From NCBI GenBank assembly GCA_963823665.1, contig CAWGMQ010000003.1, positions 416,001-480,000 on the forward strand: 64,000 bases of DNA. Direction: 5' to 3'. This stretch comes from an uncultured Planctomycetota bacterium. GTDB lineage: Bacteria; Planctomycetota; Planctomycetia; Isosphaerales; Isosphaeraceae. Below the pieces are notes generated by a model. The model was not told the DNA's origin. It did not search any database and saw nothing but the letters and a program-made list of their open reading frames with translations. Both the position numbers and the translations under genes were made by a program. This document shows, piece after piece, positions 1 through 10,772 of this stretch. Every line of letters begins with the position of its first letter. The stretch's first letter is position 1.

Positions 1-2
1 TG

Positions 3-1157
3 CTGGAACGGCTAGCGCAGCCGGAGATCGACCCGGTCGAGCGCCAAGCAATTCTGCTGGCTTCCGCCGAGATGCACCACGCCGCGCTCGGAGAAGGCAT
101 CAAGACGGCGGTCGTCGCAAGGTCGCGCGCGCTCTATCGAGAAGACGCCGATCCCGGGGTGCATTCGGCCGCGGAGCTGCTTCTCTTGCGCTGGGGCGGA
201 CCCGAGATGCTGGCGCAGGTCCAGACAGAGCTGGAAAGCTCGACTTCGGCCAATGCAGGTCTGCGCTGGACGATCGGCCCCAACGAGCACACGTTTGCCA
301 TTCTCGAGGGACCGCTCGAGTTCCAGATGGGAGCACCAGCGGGCAAGGGCGAATTCTACGGCTCGCCCGTCTTGCACTACCGCAAGATCGATCGATCGAT
401 TGCGGTTGCGACGAAAGAGGTCTCTCTCAAGCAATTCCAGCGCTTCCGCGCGGAACACCGGAACGAAGCGCGGTATGGCGACGGGCCGGATTGCGCTGCG
501 ATCAATGTCTCCTGGTTTGCAGCGGCCGAGTACTGCAACTGGCTGAGCAAGGAAGGCAAGATTCCCAAGAGCGAGTGGTGTTATCCGGAGAACGCTGGAC
601 CGGGGATGGTTCTCTCGGAGGATGCGGTGAAACGCACCGGGTTCCGCATGCCGACCGAAGCCGAGTGGGAGTATTTCTGTCGAGCCGGCACGCAGACCGC
701 GCGGCCATTTGGTGAGTCAACCGATCTCCTCTCTCGATATGCCTGGACCTGGTTGAATTCCGGCAATCAGATCCATCCGGTGGGTCAGCTCTTGCCCAAC
801 GAATTCGGCCTCTTCGACGTGCTGGGCAATGCCTGGGAGTGGTGCCAGGACGGGCCGATCGGTCATTATCGCTACCCCGATACGGATTTCCCCTCATACC
901 CACCCGGGACGAAAGAGGACCCTGCCGGCGACCCCACTTGTACCGAGACCGTTGACTTCATCGACCGCGCGCGCGAGACCTGGCGAATCCTGCGTGGAGG
1001 TGCTTACAGCTACGCTCCCGATCGCGCCCGCTCGGCTTACCGTGACTGGGAGCCCTCCCACGATCTTCGCGAGTACCTTGGACTTCGCGTGGTGAGGACG
1101 CTGCCGCGTCGCACCGAACTTTCCTCACAACGAACGCAATCTCGTTCAGACCCATGA
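3..1157 (+). CDS. C-terminal part of an FGE-sulfatase (SUMF1/C-type-lectin fold) domain protein, probably a kinase-STAND-FGE paralogue; begins before the window
   Basis: Frame is open from base 3. Motifs VSWFAAAEYCNWLS, GFRMPTEAEWEY, PNEFGLFDVLGNAWEWC, RILRGG and LGLRVVRT. The upstream GVHSAAELLL matches paralogues at 46697 and 55183. Confidence 0.85.
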   Translation: MERLAQPEIDPVERQAILLASAEMHHAALGEGIKTAVVARSRALYREDADPGVHSAAELLLLRWGGPEMLAQVQTELESSTSANAGLRWTIGPNEHTFAILEGPLEFQMGAPAGKGEFYGSPVLHYRKIDRSIAVATKEVSLKQFQRFRAEHRNEARYGDGPDCAAINVSWFAAAEYCNWLSKEGKIPKSEWCYPENAGPGMVLSEDAVKRTGFRMPTEAEWEYFCRAGTQTARPFGESTDLLSRYAWTWLNSGNQIHPVGQLLPNEFGLFDVLGNAWEWCQDGPIGHYRYPDTDFPSYPPGTKEDPAGDPTCTETVDFIDRARETWRILRGGAYSYAPDRARSAYRDWEPSHDLREYLGLRVVRTLPRRTELSSQRTQSRSDP

Positions 1158-1167
1158 CTGGAGCTCG

Positions 1168-1710
1168 ATGATGGACTTCCACGCAACTCACCAAGATGCC
1201 ATCAAGATCGCCGGCACCGTTGCTTTGCCGTCGCCGTTTCCCGCCTGCGGCTCGCTTTCGATCGTGGTGGCGCCGGAGGATGGGGAATACGAAACCTACA
1301 TCCGGATCGTCCAGCACGTTTCCGGCAGGCGCATCATCACGCGATTCGTCCGGCTCGCGGATGTGCGGGCCATCCGTGCACCCGAGACGGAAGCAGCGCA
1401 TGGCGCTCCGGAAACCTGGCCGCTCGTCGGTCACAAAGAAGTGCTGCGGCGGATCAGCGAGAAGGAAAAGGAGCTTCGCGCCGCCGCGACCAAGTCTGGG
1501 AGCGCAAGCGAATCGGAATGGCTCGCCGCGGCGATTGTCTATGTTCCCGAGGCCGCACCGGTACTGCATCGCAACGATGTGGGGGTGACGGCCGCGGTGA
1601 GCGCCGAGGAGGTGGCGTTCAGTGATCTGCATTCCGAGGCGAGTGGCCATTGCGCCTTGAGGCCGAGCTTCTGTCCGGCCGCGGCGAAGTCGTTTTGCCC
1701 TGGGCATTGA
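1168..1710 (+). CDS. hypothetical protein (3' end possibly frameshifted)
   Basis: GGAG SD upstream; fills the gap between same-strand genes; no recognisable motif. Confidence 0.55.
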   Translation: MMDFHATHQDAIKIAGTVALPSPFPACGSLSIVVAPEDGEYETYIRIVQHVSGRRIITRFVRLADVRAIRAPETEAAHGAPETWPLVGHKEVLRRISEKEKELRAAATKSGSASESEWLAAAIVYVPEAAPVLHRNDVGVTAAVSAEEVAFSDLHSEASGHCALRPSFCPAAAKSFCPGH

Positions 1711-1809
1711 CGAGGCGGAATTCGGCGAGATGGTCCGCAACGGCGGACCCTACGGGAGGCGATGGCATCGGCTTGGGCCGGGGGCATTGACAGGGGGAAG
1801 CGCGGAACT

Positions 1810-3187
1810 ATGGAAGTCGACCTCGTTTTGCTCAGTCGCGATCTTTCGCCGCCGCGGGAGGATGTCTGGCGGGGCATCCAGATTCAGGATGAGGTCGATG
1901 TGCGGCTCCACCGCCTCGAAGGAACGCCTCGCCCGGAAGACCCGAACCGTTACGAGACGATCGCGCGGGCCCGAAACCGCGCGAAGGCGCTGGGAACTTC
2001 CCCGTGGGTGATGTTTCTCGACGATGACGTCGTTCTGGGCGACGAGTGTCTTGACCGGCTGGTGCGCGGGCTCGCGCAAGAATGGATTTGCCGCCTTGGG
2101 CGCGGACTGCGCCGGCGAGATGGCCCGTGAAACGGAGCACTGGGATTATCCCCGCCATGTTGGCATGGCGGCGACGCTTTTCAGGCGGAAGGCTCTGGAC
2201 CGGCTGACGTTTCGCTGGGAACCCGGAAAGTGTGAGTGCCGTTGCTGCTGTCTCGACCTGCGCCGGGCCGGGCTCGGCATCGGTTACCTCGGCGAGGCGA
2301 AGGCATGGCACCGGCCCATTCGACCCACCGTCGATCGGCGCCCCGAACCGGCGATCGGAACCGCGCGGCGATCGAGGCCAGGCACTCCACTGCACGTCAC
2401 TACCCCGGGGGCTCGGATTCTGACGGCGTTCGACCGGAATCACTTCCTGCGATTTCGCCGCCAGTTCCTGACCACGCTGCGCGCCGCGGGCAATCGCGAG
2501 CCGCTCACGGCGGTCACGTACGGCCTGCAACCGACCGAGCGGAGCATGCTGGAAGCGGCTGGAGTCGAAGTCGTGGCCAGGCACGCAAACGGAGTGTCGT
2601 CGGCGTTGCGCAGGCTGCGGGACTTCCAGGATGTCGTGGAGCGGTGGCCGGTGGAGACTCCGGTCGCCTACTGGGATGCGGGCGACGTCCTTTTTCAAGG
2701 GTCGCTCGCGCCGTTGTGGGAGCTGGTCCGCAGTGATCCGGAGCGTCTGCTCGTGGTGCGAGAGCCGGTCGGCGTCGGCGAGAGCCCGGTGATCGTACCG
2801 TGGACCGATCACATCGAAGACCCGGTCGTTCGCCGGGAGACCCGCGAGCTCCTGTCGGCGATGCCGTTCATCAATGCGGGGTTCGCGGCGGGCACCGCGG
2901 GTGCCCTGATGCGTTACCTGCGCGAAGGGGACCGGTTGTTACAAACGGATCTCAGAGGTGTTCTGCACTGGGGCGACCAGGTTGCGATGGGTCATTATCT
3001 TCATCATTATCCGGATGCATGGCGAGAGATCCCCGACGGCTGGAACTACTGCATCATCTTCCGCAAAGAAGGGACCTACCGGATTGGCACCGGCGGGCGA
3101 GTTGAGAGTCTCGATGGAGCGCCGGTGCACGTGGTGCACGGGAATGGCCGCACGCTCGAGCGATGGGTGATGGCGTTTGCGAGCTGA
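1810..3187 (+). CDS. two-domain glycosyltransferase (N-terminal GT2-like plus second GT-A-like domain), frameshift near 2075
   Basis: IARARN..WVMFLDDDVVL in ORF 1762 continues in ORF 2024 (HVGMAATLFRR, CECRCCC). Second domain has YWDAGDV, FINAGF, WGDQVA and WNY. Confidence 0.7.
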
Positions 3188-3204
3188 TGCCAAGACCGGA
3201 GGAC

Positions 3205-3233
3205 TTGATGAAACTAACCGAAAACAGCATAAT
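3205..3233 (+). promoter_or_regulatory. putative sigma70 promoter for rplY-pth
   Basis: TTGATG-17 bp-CATAAT, 60 bp upstream of the rplY start. Confidence 0.55.
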
Positions 3234-3243
3234 AAGTTCCCTC

Positions 3244-3272
3244 TGCGGTCCGGTGGGCCGCATTTTTCTTTT
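3244..3272 (+). terminator. GC hairpin plus T-tract upstream of rplY (terminator or attenuator)
   Basis: TGCGGTCC-GGT-GGGCCGCA followed by TTTTTCTTTT. Confidence 0.5.
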
Positions 3273-3292
3273 GAGCGGGATTCAAGAACACG

Positions 3293-3955
3293 ATGTCGGA
3301 AGCCATGAAAACACGGGTCGAGCCGCGCGACCCCACGAAGAACAAGGGCACGGGAACCCGTGTTGCGCGGAAGCTGCGCAAGAAGGGTTTGATCCCGGCG
3401 GTCATCTACGGGCACAAGCAGGCGGTCGTGCCGGTGACGCTGACGCGCGATGATGTCTGGCGGATGCTCAAGACTCCCAGCCACCTGGCGGATCTGGACG
3501 TGAACGGAACATCGGAGACGGTCCTGATTCGCGACGTGCAATGGGACCACCTCGGCAAAGAGGTGCTCCACCTCGACTTCGCCCGGGTCAGCGCCGAGGA
3601 AATGATTGACACTGAAGTCACGTTCGAGGTCAAGGGCTTACCGGCGGGTCTGGCTGCGGGAGGGGTTCTCGAACACCTGGTTCACACGTTGCGAATCAAG
3701 TGCCGCGCCGGGGCCATTCCCGAGTCGCTCAAGGCCGATGTGAGCCCGCTTCAGGTTGGCGAGGGCATTCACGTCCGCGATCTGGTGCTGCCGCCGGACG
3801 TCACGGTGGACCACGATCCGGACCTTTTGCTCGCGCACGTCGTCATCCGGGCAGTGGTAGAAGAAGTGAAGCCGGAGACAGCCGAGGCCGAAGCGGCCGC
3901 GGCGCAGCCTGAGGTCATCAAGCCCGAGCGCAAGGAGAAGGAAAAAGAGAGTTGA
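3293..3955 (+). CDS. rplY: 50S ribosomal protein L25/CTC
   Basis: ARKLRKKGLIPAVIYG, DVQWD..VLHLDF and CTC C-terminal domain; next to pth. Confidence 0.96.
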   Translation: MSEAMKTRVEPRDPTKNKGTGTRVARKLRKKGLIPAVIYGHKQAVVPVTLTRDDVWRMLKTPSHLADLDVNGTSETVLIRDVQWDHLGKEVLHLDFARVSAEEMIDTEVTFEVKGLPAGLAAGGVLEHLVHTLRIKCRAGAIPESLKADVSPLQVGEGIHVRDLVLPPDVTVDHDPDLLLAHVVIRAVVEEVKPETAEAEAAAAQPEVIKPERKEKEKES

Positions 3956-4046
3956 AAGGTATTCTCTTCGTGTTTGCCCGGAGAACGGCCTTGCAGAGCT
4001 GCTGCGGGTAACGGCTCCGGATGGTGGCGTGCCGGGAGCTCTCGCC

Positions 4047-4631
4047 TTGCCGTCGGTCAAACTCGTCGTGGGCCTGGGCAATCCGGGCACGAAATACCAG
4101 GGCACGCGGCACAACATCGGCTACGAGCTGGTTGACCGCCTCGCGGAAGGCGGGTCAAGCTCGACGTTTTCTCGAAAGTTCGAGGGCCTATGCACCGAGA
4201 TCGAAATTGACTACCGGCGGGTCATGCTTCTCAAGCCCGAAACGTTCATGAACCTCTCGGGTCGGTCAGTCGGGCAGGCAGTGAGGTTTCTCAAGCTCCC
4301 TTTGACCGATGTGCTCGTGACATGCGACGATCTGAGTTTGCCTTTGGGTAAGCTGAGGCTCAGGCCGGGCGGAACCGACGGCGGACAGAAAGGCTTGCGT
4401 GACATCATCAACCATCTGGGGTCTGACCAGTTTCCCCGGCTCCGGATCGGTATCGGTGATCGAGAGCAGGCCGATGCCGCCGACTTCGTGCTCTCCCGTT
4501 TTCGTAGCACGGAGCGCCCCGTGATCGACGACGCCCTGATTCTGGGATCGCAGGCCGTCGCCGTCTGGGTAACCCAGGGGATTGACGCCGCCATGAATCG
4601 ATTCAATGGTCCGGCATCCGCCAATGCGTAG
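4047..4631 (+). CDS. pth: peptidyl-tRNA hydrolase
   Basis: KLVVGLGNPG..YQGTRHNIG, KPETFMNLSG, RLRIGIG. TTG start chosen from the GGGAG SD at 4034-4038. Confidence 0.96.
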   Translation: MPSVKLVVGLGNPGTKYQGTRHNIGYELVDRLAEGGSSSTFSRKFEGLCTEIEIDYRRVMLLKPETFMNLSGRSVGQAVRFLKLPLTDVLVTCDDLSLPLGKLRLRPGGTDGGQKGLRDIINHLGSDQFPRLRIGIGDREQADAADFVLSRFRSTERPVIDDALILGSQAVAVWVTQGIDAAMNRFNGPASANA

Positions 4632-4779
4632 CCGACGTGGTGAGCCAGCGGTCTTCCGGGCAAGAGGGTTTGCGAATGATTCTGTTGTCGACGAAGTCAA
4701 ATGTCCTTAAGCTCGTAGGAATCGGCGGGCTGATCCAATACACTTTCCAACCCATTCTTCCTGATGGAGGGTCCTTCTC

Positions 4780-5187
4780 TTGCCGGTGAACACGTATGAA
4801 GGCATGTTTTTACTGGACAGTACGAAAGCCGCGGCGGGCTGGGACGATACGGTCAAGCACGTCCACGACATCTTGACCAAGCACCATTCCGAGATCGTGG
4901 CCAGCAGGCAGTGGGATGAACGACGGCTTGCCTACGCCGTCGAAGGGCACAAAAAGGGCACCTACCTGCTTACATACTTCCGCACTGGCGCCGACCAGCT
5001 CAAGGACATCGTTGCCGACTGCAAGCTCAGCGATGTGATCCTGCGCGAGCTGGTTCTCAAGGTGCCCCTCAAGCTGGCAGACCATCTCGTCAACCACGCC
5101 ATGACCTCGAACCCGAACGTCGAGGCCGAAAACGCGCCGGAAGACGAACTCGACGATCGCCCACGGCGGCGGCGGCGAGACGATTGA
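4780..5187 (+). CDS. rpsF: 30S ribosomal protein S6
   Basis: NTYEGMFLLD, WDERRLAY..GHKKGTY, ILRELVLK; GGAGG SD and TTG start. Confidence 0.94.
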   Translation: MPVNTYEGMFLLDSTKAAAGWDDTVKHVHDILTKHHSEIVASRQWDERRLAYAVEGHKKGTYLLTYFRTGADQLKDIVADCKLSDVILRELVLKVPLKLADHLVNHAMTSNPNVEAENAPEDELDDRPRRRRRDD

Positions 5188-5209
5188 CGGAATGATTGGT
5201 GTCGCGTTT

Positions 5210-5243
5210 CGCTCGGCGAAGGATGACGGCCGTTCGCTGAGCG
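5210..5243. terminator. hairpin between convergent rpsF and fumC
   Basis: CGCTCGGCGAA / TTCGCTGAGCG stem with one G-U pair; no clear T-tract. Confidence 0.3.
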
Positions 5244-5259
5244 CGCGGGGAGTTCGGGC

Positions 5260-6657
5260 TTATACTTTGCCGACCATGTCTTCCGGCCGAACCCAGCGGT
5301 CGAAGTCTTCGGGCTTGACCAGACCAAGCTCGCTCGCGGCGTCGCGAAGAGTTGTCCCTTTCGCGTGGGCATGCTTGGCGATCTTGGCGGCTTTATCATA
5401 GCCGATGTGGGGGTTGAGCGCGGTGACGAGCATCAACGATCGCCGCAAGAGCTCGTCGATCCGGCCTTGATTGGGCTCGATCCCTTCTGCGCAGTGGTCG
5501 TTGAAGCTGGCGCAGGCGTCAGCCAGCAGCCGCACGCTCGAGAGGAAGTTGTGGATGATCAACGGCTTCATCACGTTGAGCTCGAAGTTGCCCAGCGCAC
5601 CACCGATGTTGATGGCCACGTCGTTACCCATCACCTGAGATACTACCATCGTGAGCGCCTCGGATTGAGTCGGGTTGACCTTTCCCGGCATGATCGAGCT
5701 TCCGGGCTCGTTTTCAGGAATCCGAATCTCGCCGAGACCGCTGCGCGGACCCGAGGCCATCCAGCGCACGTCGTTGGCGATTTTCATCAGCGAGGCCGCG
5801 AGCGTTTTCACCGCGCCGTGGGCAAAGAGCAGCGCGTCGTGACCCGAGAGTGCTTCGAACTTGTTGGGGGCTGTGACGAAAGGCTGGCCCGTCAATCGGG
5901 CCAGTTCCGCAGCCACCCGGACGGCATATTCCGGATGCGCATTCAACCCGGTGCCGACGGCCGTACCTCCGAGCGCAAGCTCGGCCAGGTGGGGTATCAC
6001 GCTTTCAACGTGCGCGAGTCCGTTGTCAAGGAGCTGCACCCAGCCCGAGATTTCCTGGCCGAGCGTGAGCGGGGTCGCGTCCATCAGGTGCGTGCGTCCG
6101 ATCTTGACGAGCGAGCGAAACTCCTCGGCCTTTTGCGCGAGCGTGTCGCGCAGCTTCCGGACAGACGGGATCAAGAGCGAACGCAGAGCCAACACCGCGG
6201 CGACGTGCATCGCTGTGGGGAAGACGTCATTGGACGACTGCCCTCGATTCACATGATCATTGGGGTGGACTTTACGGCTCATTCCCCGCTCGCCGCCCAG
6301 GAGCTCGCTGGCTCGATTGGCGATGACTTCGTTCAGATTCATGTTCGTCTGCGTGCCGCTGCCCGTCTGCCAGACAACGAGCGGAAACTCGTCGTCGTGG
6401 CGCCCGGCGATAACCTCGTCGGCTGCGGTGATGATCGCCTTGCCCACGGCGGGGTCTTTGAACTCTTCCAGATCGAGGTTGACCTGAGCCGACGCCCGCT
6501 TGACCAGGGCCAAGGCGTGAATGAGCGGCAGCGGCATCCGATCTGTGCCGATCTTGAAATTCTCGAGCGATCGCTGGGTCTGAGCGCCCCAGAGCCGGTC
6601 AGCCGGAACGTGCACCTCTCCCATCGTGTCGGTTTCGATTCGCGTCTGGGCTGTCAT
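5260..6657 (-). CDS. fumC: class II fumarate hydratase
   Basis: [49 protein letters not shown]. Confidence 0.98.
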   Translation of the reverse strand: MTAQTRIETDTMGEVHVPADRLWGAQTQRSLENFKIGTDRMPLPLIHALALVKRASAQVNLDLEEFKDPAVGKAIITAADEVIAGRHDDEFPLVVWQTGSGTQTNMNLNEVIANRASELLGGERGMSRKVHPNDHVNRGQSSNDVFPTAMHVAAVLALRSLLIPSVRKLRDTLAQKAEEFRSLVKIGRTHLMDATPLTLGQEISGWVQLLDNGLAHVESVIPHLAELALGGTAVGTGLNAHPEYAVRVAAELARLTGQPFVTAPNKFEALSGHDALLFAHGAVKTLAASLMKIANDVRWMASGPRSGLGEIRIPENEPGSSIMPGKVNPTQSEALTMVVSQVMGNDVAINIGGALGNFELNVMKPLIIHNFLSSVRLLADACASFNDHCAEGIEPNQGRIDELLRRSLMLVTALNPHIGYDKAAKIAKHAHAKGTTLRDAASELGLVKPEDFDRWVRPEDMVGKV

Positions 6658-6771
6658 CGTTTCCTTGCCTCGGCTAGTCCAGTGGCAACAGGCAATTCTT
6701 GAGCGAGCGTGATTTCTTGCCCTCCTTCAGGATAGCTCCTTTGGGATGCTCGTGCATCGGCGCACCCGGTC

Positions 6772-8142
6772 TCATTTCCCGATGCAGAACCTGCGGAAAA
6801 TGCGGTCGAGGATGTCGTCGGTGACAACCGCACCGACGATCTGGCCCAGCTCATCCACGGCGATCCGCAAGTCGAAAGCAACCAGCTCATCCCCGGCCCC
6901 TTGGGCGATCAGATTCGCCGCCGCCAGGAGCGCAGCGGAAGCCCGTGCCAGGCTGCCGCGGCATCGAGCGCCTGTGGCGGACAGAGCGCCCTCTGGGGCT
7001 TTGTTGCTCCGAAGTTTCTGGGCAATCGCCGAGCGCAAGGCCGCCAGGCCGACACCAGTCAGGGCGCTCGTGATCACCACGACGTGCTGGCCGGAAGCAT
7101 CAGGCCCTTGCGCGGCAAGGTCAGCCTTCGTCCAGACCAGGATGCGATCGCCTCCGAGCGGAGTTGCCACCTCGGACGACGGGTCGGTCAGCGCGCAGCG
7201 GCACTCGAGCAAGAGGTCGGCGCCCGCCGCCTGGCCGTCGCGCAGATCCTGGGCGCGGATGCTGACCGGATCGACGGGCTTCTCGAACCCCGCGGTATCA
7301 ACCAGCTCGACGGCAAGGCCGTCGCAATCGCAGCGCTCCGCGATGTAGTCGCGGGTGGTGCCGGACTGAGGCGAGACAATCGCGCGATCGCGCCTCAGAA
7401 GAGCGTTGAAGAGCCGGCTCTTGCCGGAGTTAGGAGGCCCGACCAGAACGACACGGGCGCGGTCGACGCGCCGCTCGCGGTCGGAGAGCTGTCGGCCAAT
7501 TCGGCCGAGGTCCTCCGCAAATTCGTGGAGCTCGCCGGCCAGGCTCGCTCGGGAGAGCGGGTCAACATCGGGCTCCTCGGTGAAATCAAGATTGGCCTCG
7601 AGGTGGGCAACCAGATCGAGCAGACGGTCCCGTAAGCGAGTGATCGGGTGCGAGAGACCGCCGGCGAGCTGCTCCAGGGCCGCGTCCAACTGGGCGGGGT
7701 TCTGCGCATCGATGACGCCCAGGACCGCTTCTGCCCGCGTGAGATCAATCCGCCCGGCCAGGAATGCCCTGAGCGTGAACTCGCCTGGCTCGGCAGGCCG
7801 CGCGCCCAGCGTGAAATAATGCGAGAGGAGCAGGCTCACGAGCGGCACGGAGCCGGTCAAGTGGACCTCGGCGACGTCCTGACCGGTGTACGAGCGCGGT
7901 CCAGGCCAGTGCGCCACCATCACCGGCAATAGGGGTCGCAATCCCGTGACTTTCAGGTAGCCGGCGTGGAGCCGCGCAGCTCGGCGCGGCGCGGAGGGCC
8001 CAGTGCTTGCGCTCGTTGAGAATCCGGCGAGCGCGATCGGGAACGCCTTTGGACCCGACAGGCGGACGATGCTGCGCGCGGCGGGGCCGGGCGCGCTGGC
8101 GTGCGCCGCGATGGTATCGCTGGGGTCGAGTGCCGAGGGCAT
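6772..8142 (-). CDS. mnmE: tRNA modification GTPase MnmE/TrmE
   Basis: DTIAA..IVRLSG, SYTGQD, GEFTLRAFLAGRIDL, GPPNSGKS, GTTRD, DTAG, C-terminal FCIGK. Confidence 0.95.
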   Translation of the reverse strand: MPSALDPSDTIAAHASAPGPAARSIVRLSGPKAFPIALAGFSTSASTGPSAPRRAARLHAGYLKVTGLRPLLPVMVAHWPGPRSYTGQDVAEVHLTGSVPLVSLLLSHYFTLGARPAEPGEFTLRAFLAGRIDLTRAEAVLGVIDAQNPAQLDAALEQLAGGLSHPITRLRDRLLDLVAHLEANLDFTEEPDVDPLSRASLAGELHEFAEDLGRIGRQLSDRERRVDRARVVLVGPPNSGKSRLFNALLRRDRAIVSPQSGTTRDYIAERCDCDGLAVELVDTAGFEKPVDPVSIRAQDLRDGQAAGADLLLECRCALTDPSSEVATPLGGDRILVWTKADLAAQGPDASGQHVVVITSALTGVGLAALRSAIAQKLRSNKAPEGALSATGARCRGSLARASAALLAAANLIAQGAGDELVAFDLRIAVDELGQIVGAVVTDDILDRIFRRFCIGK

Positions 8143-8201
8143 CGTCGCAGGCGATTGCGCGAGGGTTGGATGCATGGGATGCAACAGCGGCCGGCAGCGA
8201 G

Positions 8202-10528
8202 TTAGCGCCGGCGCGGCTTGGGTCTGGGCCGATCTCGCTCGCGCTCGCGGCCTTGATCCTTTTCGCGGTTCTTTTCGCTCTCGCGACCCTCGACCACGTT
8301 GCGGTAGGTAGGGTCTTTGCGAGCTTCTTCCAGGATGCGCGTCCAGAACTTGGCAATCGGGCCCTGGGGCTTTTCGTTGTCGCCATTACGCTCAGGATCT
8401 TGCTTCGACGTACCTCGCGGCCGCCCGAGGAATCGCCATCCGACGGAGTCGGACCCTTCTGGCTCTGGGCCGCTTTCCCGTCCGCACCCGGAGCGGTGGC
8501 GTGTGTGACCTTGGGAAGCAGCAGCCGCTCGCCGATTGCCCACAGACTGCTTGTAATGAAGTAGATTCCCAGCCCGGACGGAACTTTGTAGAACATGACT
8601 CCCATCACGATCATCATGATCTTCATCGTCTTCTGCTGCATCTCGGCTTCGGGCGTCGTGGCCGGAGGGGCGAACAGCTTGGTCTGGACGAGCATGAGGC
8701 CGATGACGCCGAACGGAAGCAGGTTGAACCACTCGCCAAGGTAGAAGGTGACGAGCGGAATCGTGAACGGTACGTGGAAAAGCATATCCGGCGCGGCCAG
8801 ATCGCGGATCCACAGGAAAGTTGCATGGCGGAGGGGAAAGCTGGTGTTCAGGGCCTGCCAGAGGCCGACGAAGATCGGCAACTGGATAAGGGCCGGCAGA
8901 CAGCCGCTGACGGGATTGACGCCATGCCTTCCGTACAGCGCAAAGGTTTCCTTCGTCAGCTTCTCCTTGTCGTCCTTGTATTTCTCCTGAAGCTCTTTGA
9001 GCAGCGGCTGAAGGGATTGCATCTTCTGGGCCGAGAGGGCTTGTTTGCGGCCAAGCGGAAACATCAGCCCGCGCACGAGCATGGTCAAAAGGATGATCGC
9101 GATGCCGTAGTTCCCCCGGGTCCCGCCGAAAATACGGGCAACACGCTCGGTAAGCTGGTACATGACGCCGAGGGTAGGCGTGATAAGCGTCTGGGCGATG
9201 TAAGGCGCAAATGGGATCCAGGTTTTCCGGTACACGGCGAGTGCTTCTGCGCCGTATGGTCGTAACGCCTTGTCGGTCTTCGGGCCCGTGAACACGTGGT
9301 AGCGGTGCACGACGGGTTCGGCGGGCTTGAGCGTGATCGGGCGTGATGTGATCTCGACGGTGACATCCGACTGGATGACTTTTTCATCCTTGTGCACGAT
9401 GAGGGGCACGGTTCGGCTGTCCCAACGGTCGTCCTGTCCGGTTGGAGGAGGGTCGGGCTCGAGGAGGGTCGCGAAATACTGATTCTCGACGCCGGCGTAG
9501 CGAATGGGCTTCTCTGTATTGTCGATCGAGCCGTCCTTGGCGGAGTTGATGTCGGATGCCGAATGGGTATCCGGCTTGGCCTGGCCCAACTGCCCAACGA
9601 AGACGTCGCGAAACGTGCCGGTGTACCAGAGGCCCTCGATCGGTATGCCGTGCGGACCGAGCAAGTGGTAGACGGTGGTCCGCTCCTTGTCCGGGCTTTC
9701 GAGTCTGATCTCTAGCTCGAAGCCGTCGGTGTCGGGGAAGAGCCGGTAGGTCTTGGTGACCACGACACCGCTCTTGGCGGTGGTGCGAAACACGACCGCT
9801 TCACCGGTCAAGGGCTTATTCGTCTCGCGATCCTGCCCTGTCACGGTGCGAACGACCTTGCCGTTCTCGGGTATCACTTGCCAGAGCGTGCTGTCCAGCA
9901 AATCCACGGATTCGGCCGCGGCGAGTCGTGCTGCGGCTTTCTCGGGGTCGTCCGCATCAGCCGCCGCAGCAACGGCCTTGGCAAAGCTCGCGCCGGACCC
10001 CAGCGTCAGCGCCAGCGACGCGGGTGCGAAACCGTCGCTTCGGCTGATGAACTCGAGGGGGCGTTTTTTAGGCTTGCCGAACTCGAATTCGCCGTTGTAA
10101 AGCGCGGACTCGAACCGAGTCGACCGAAGCGCCTCGCTGCTCGAGCTGAACGCGAATGTGATAACCCCCGGCGCGCGTTCTTTGATCGAACCGAGCACAA
10201 GGTCGGAACGGTCGACCGGCTTGATCTCGGGCTCTTTCGGAGGTTTCGCGGCAGCAGGCTTGGCCTCGGCCCGGACCGGCCCCTTCGGCTTCCCGGCGTC
10301 AAGCCCGGCTTTGGCGGCATCCGCGCCGCCTTGCGCGGCATCCGGACCGCCCTTGGCGATCCTCGCGTCTGCTCCGGCACCCGCCTTGGCTTTGGCGACG
10401 CCTGCGGCGGCCGCCGCCGGCTTCCTGGAGGGCTGGGCCCATCCCATCCAGTAAGATATCTGCGTCGCCACCATCATCCACAGAAAGATGATCGCGAAGA
10501 ACAGAACAAGCTTCTTCTCTTGACTCAT
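8202..10528 (-). CDS. yidC: membrane protein insertase YidC (frameshift near 8410; probable compensating pair at about 10115-10170)
   Basis: N-terminal TM helix, large periplasmic domain, GNYGIAII, NPVSGCLP, FLWIRDLAAPD, PSGLGIYF. The basic tail (..RPKPRRR) is in ORF 8202..8813. Confidence 0.93.
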
Positions 10529-10772
10529 GATGGGGCAAACCCGCTCCCGGAGCGTCGAAGGTGCTCACGAGATGAGGAGGGGCCGGTCATCGTCAAACTA
10601 CCGTGCCGGCGCCATCTCGTTTGCGTCTGGAGGCAGCCCGAGCCGGGGCTTGGAGTCGTGGTGGAATCAACCTCGAGCCCCGTCGAACCGGCCGGGCCGA
10701 TTGCATCACTGTAATATATGCGAGCGGCCGCCGCCTTGCCGGCCGCTCCTCGATCAAGGCACGTCAAGGCGG

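Noticed and set aside
4730..4779. S6:S18-type leader upstream of rpsF
   Set aside because: Only a weak stem (CCAT/ATGG) touching the SD; the conserved CCG internal loop was not evident.
5365..6702. 445-aa plus-strand ORF
   Set aside because: Antisense shadow of fumC, typical of high-GC DNA.
7745..8201. YidC C-terminal extension overlapping mnmE by about 400 bp
   Set aside because: Frameshift artefact; the plausible tail ends at 8202 in another frame.
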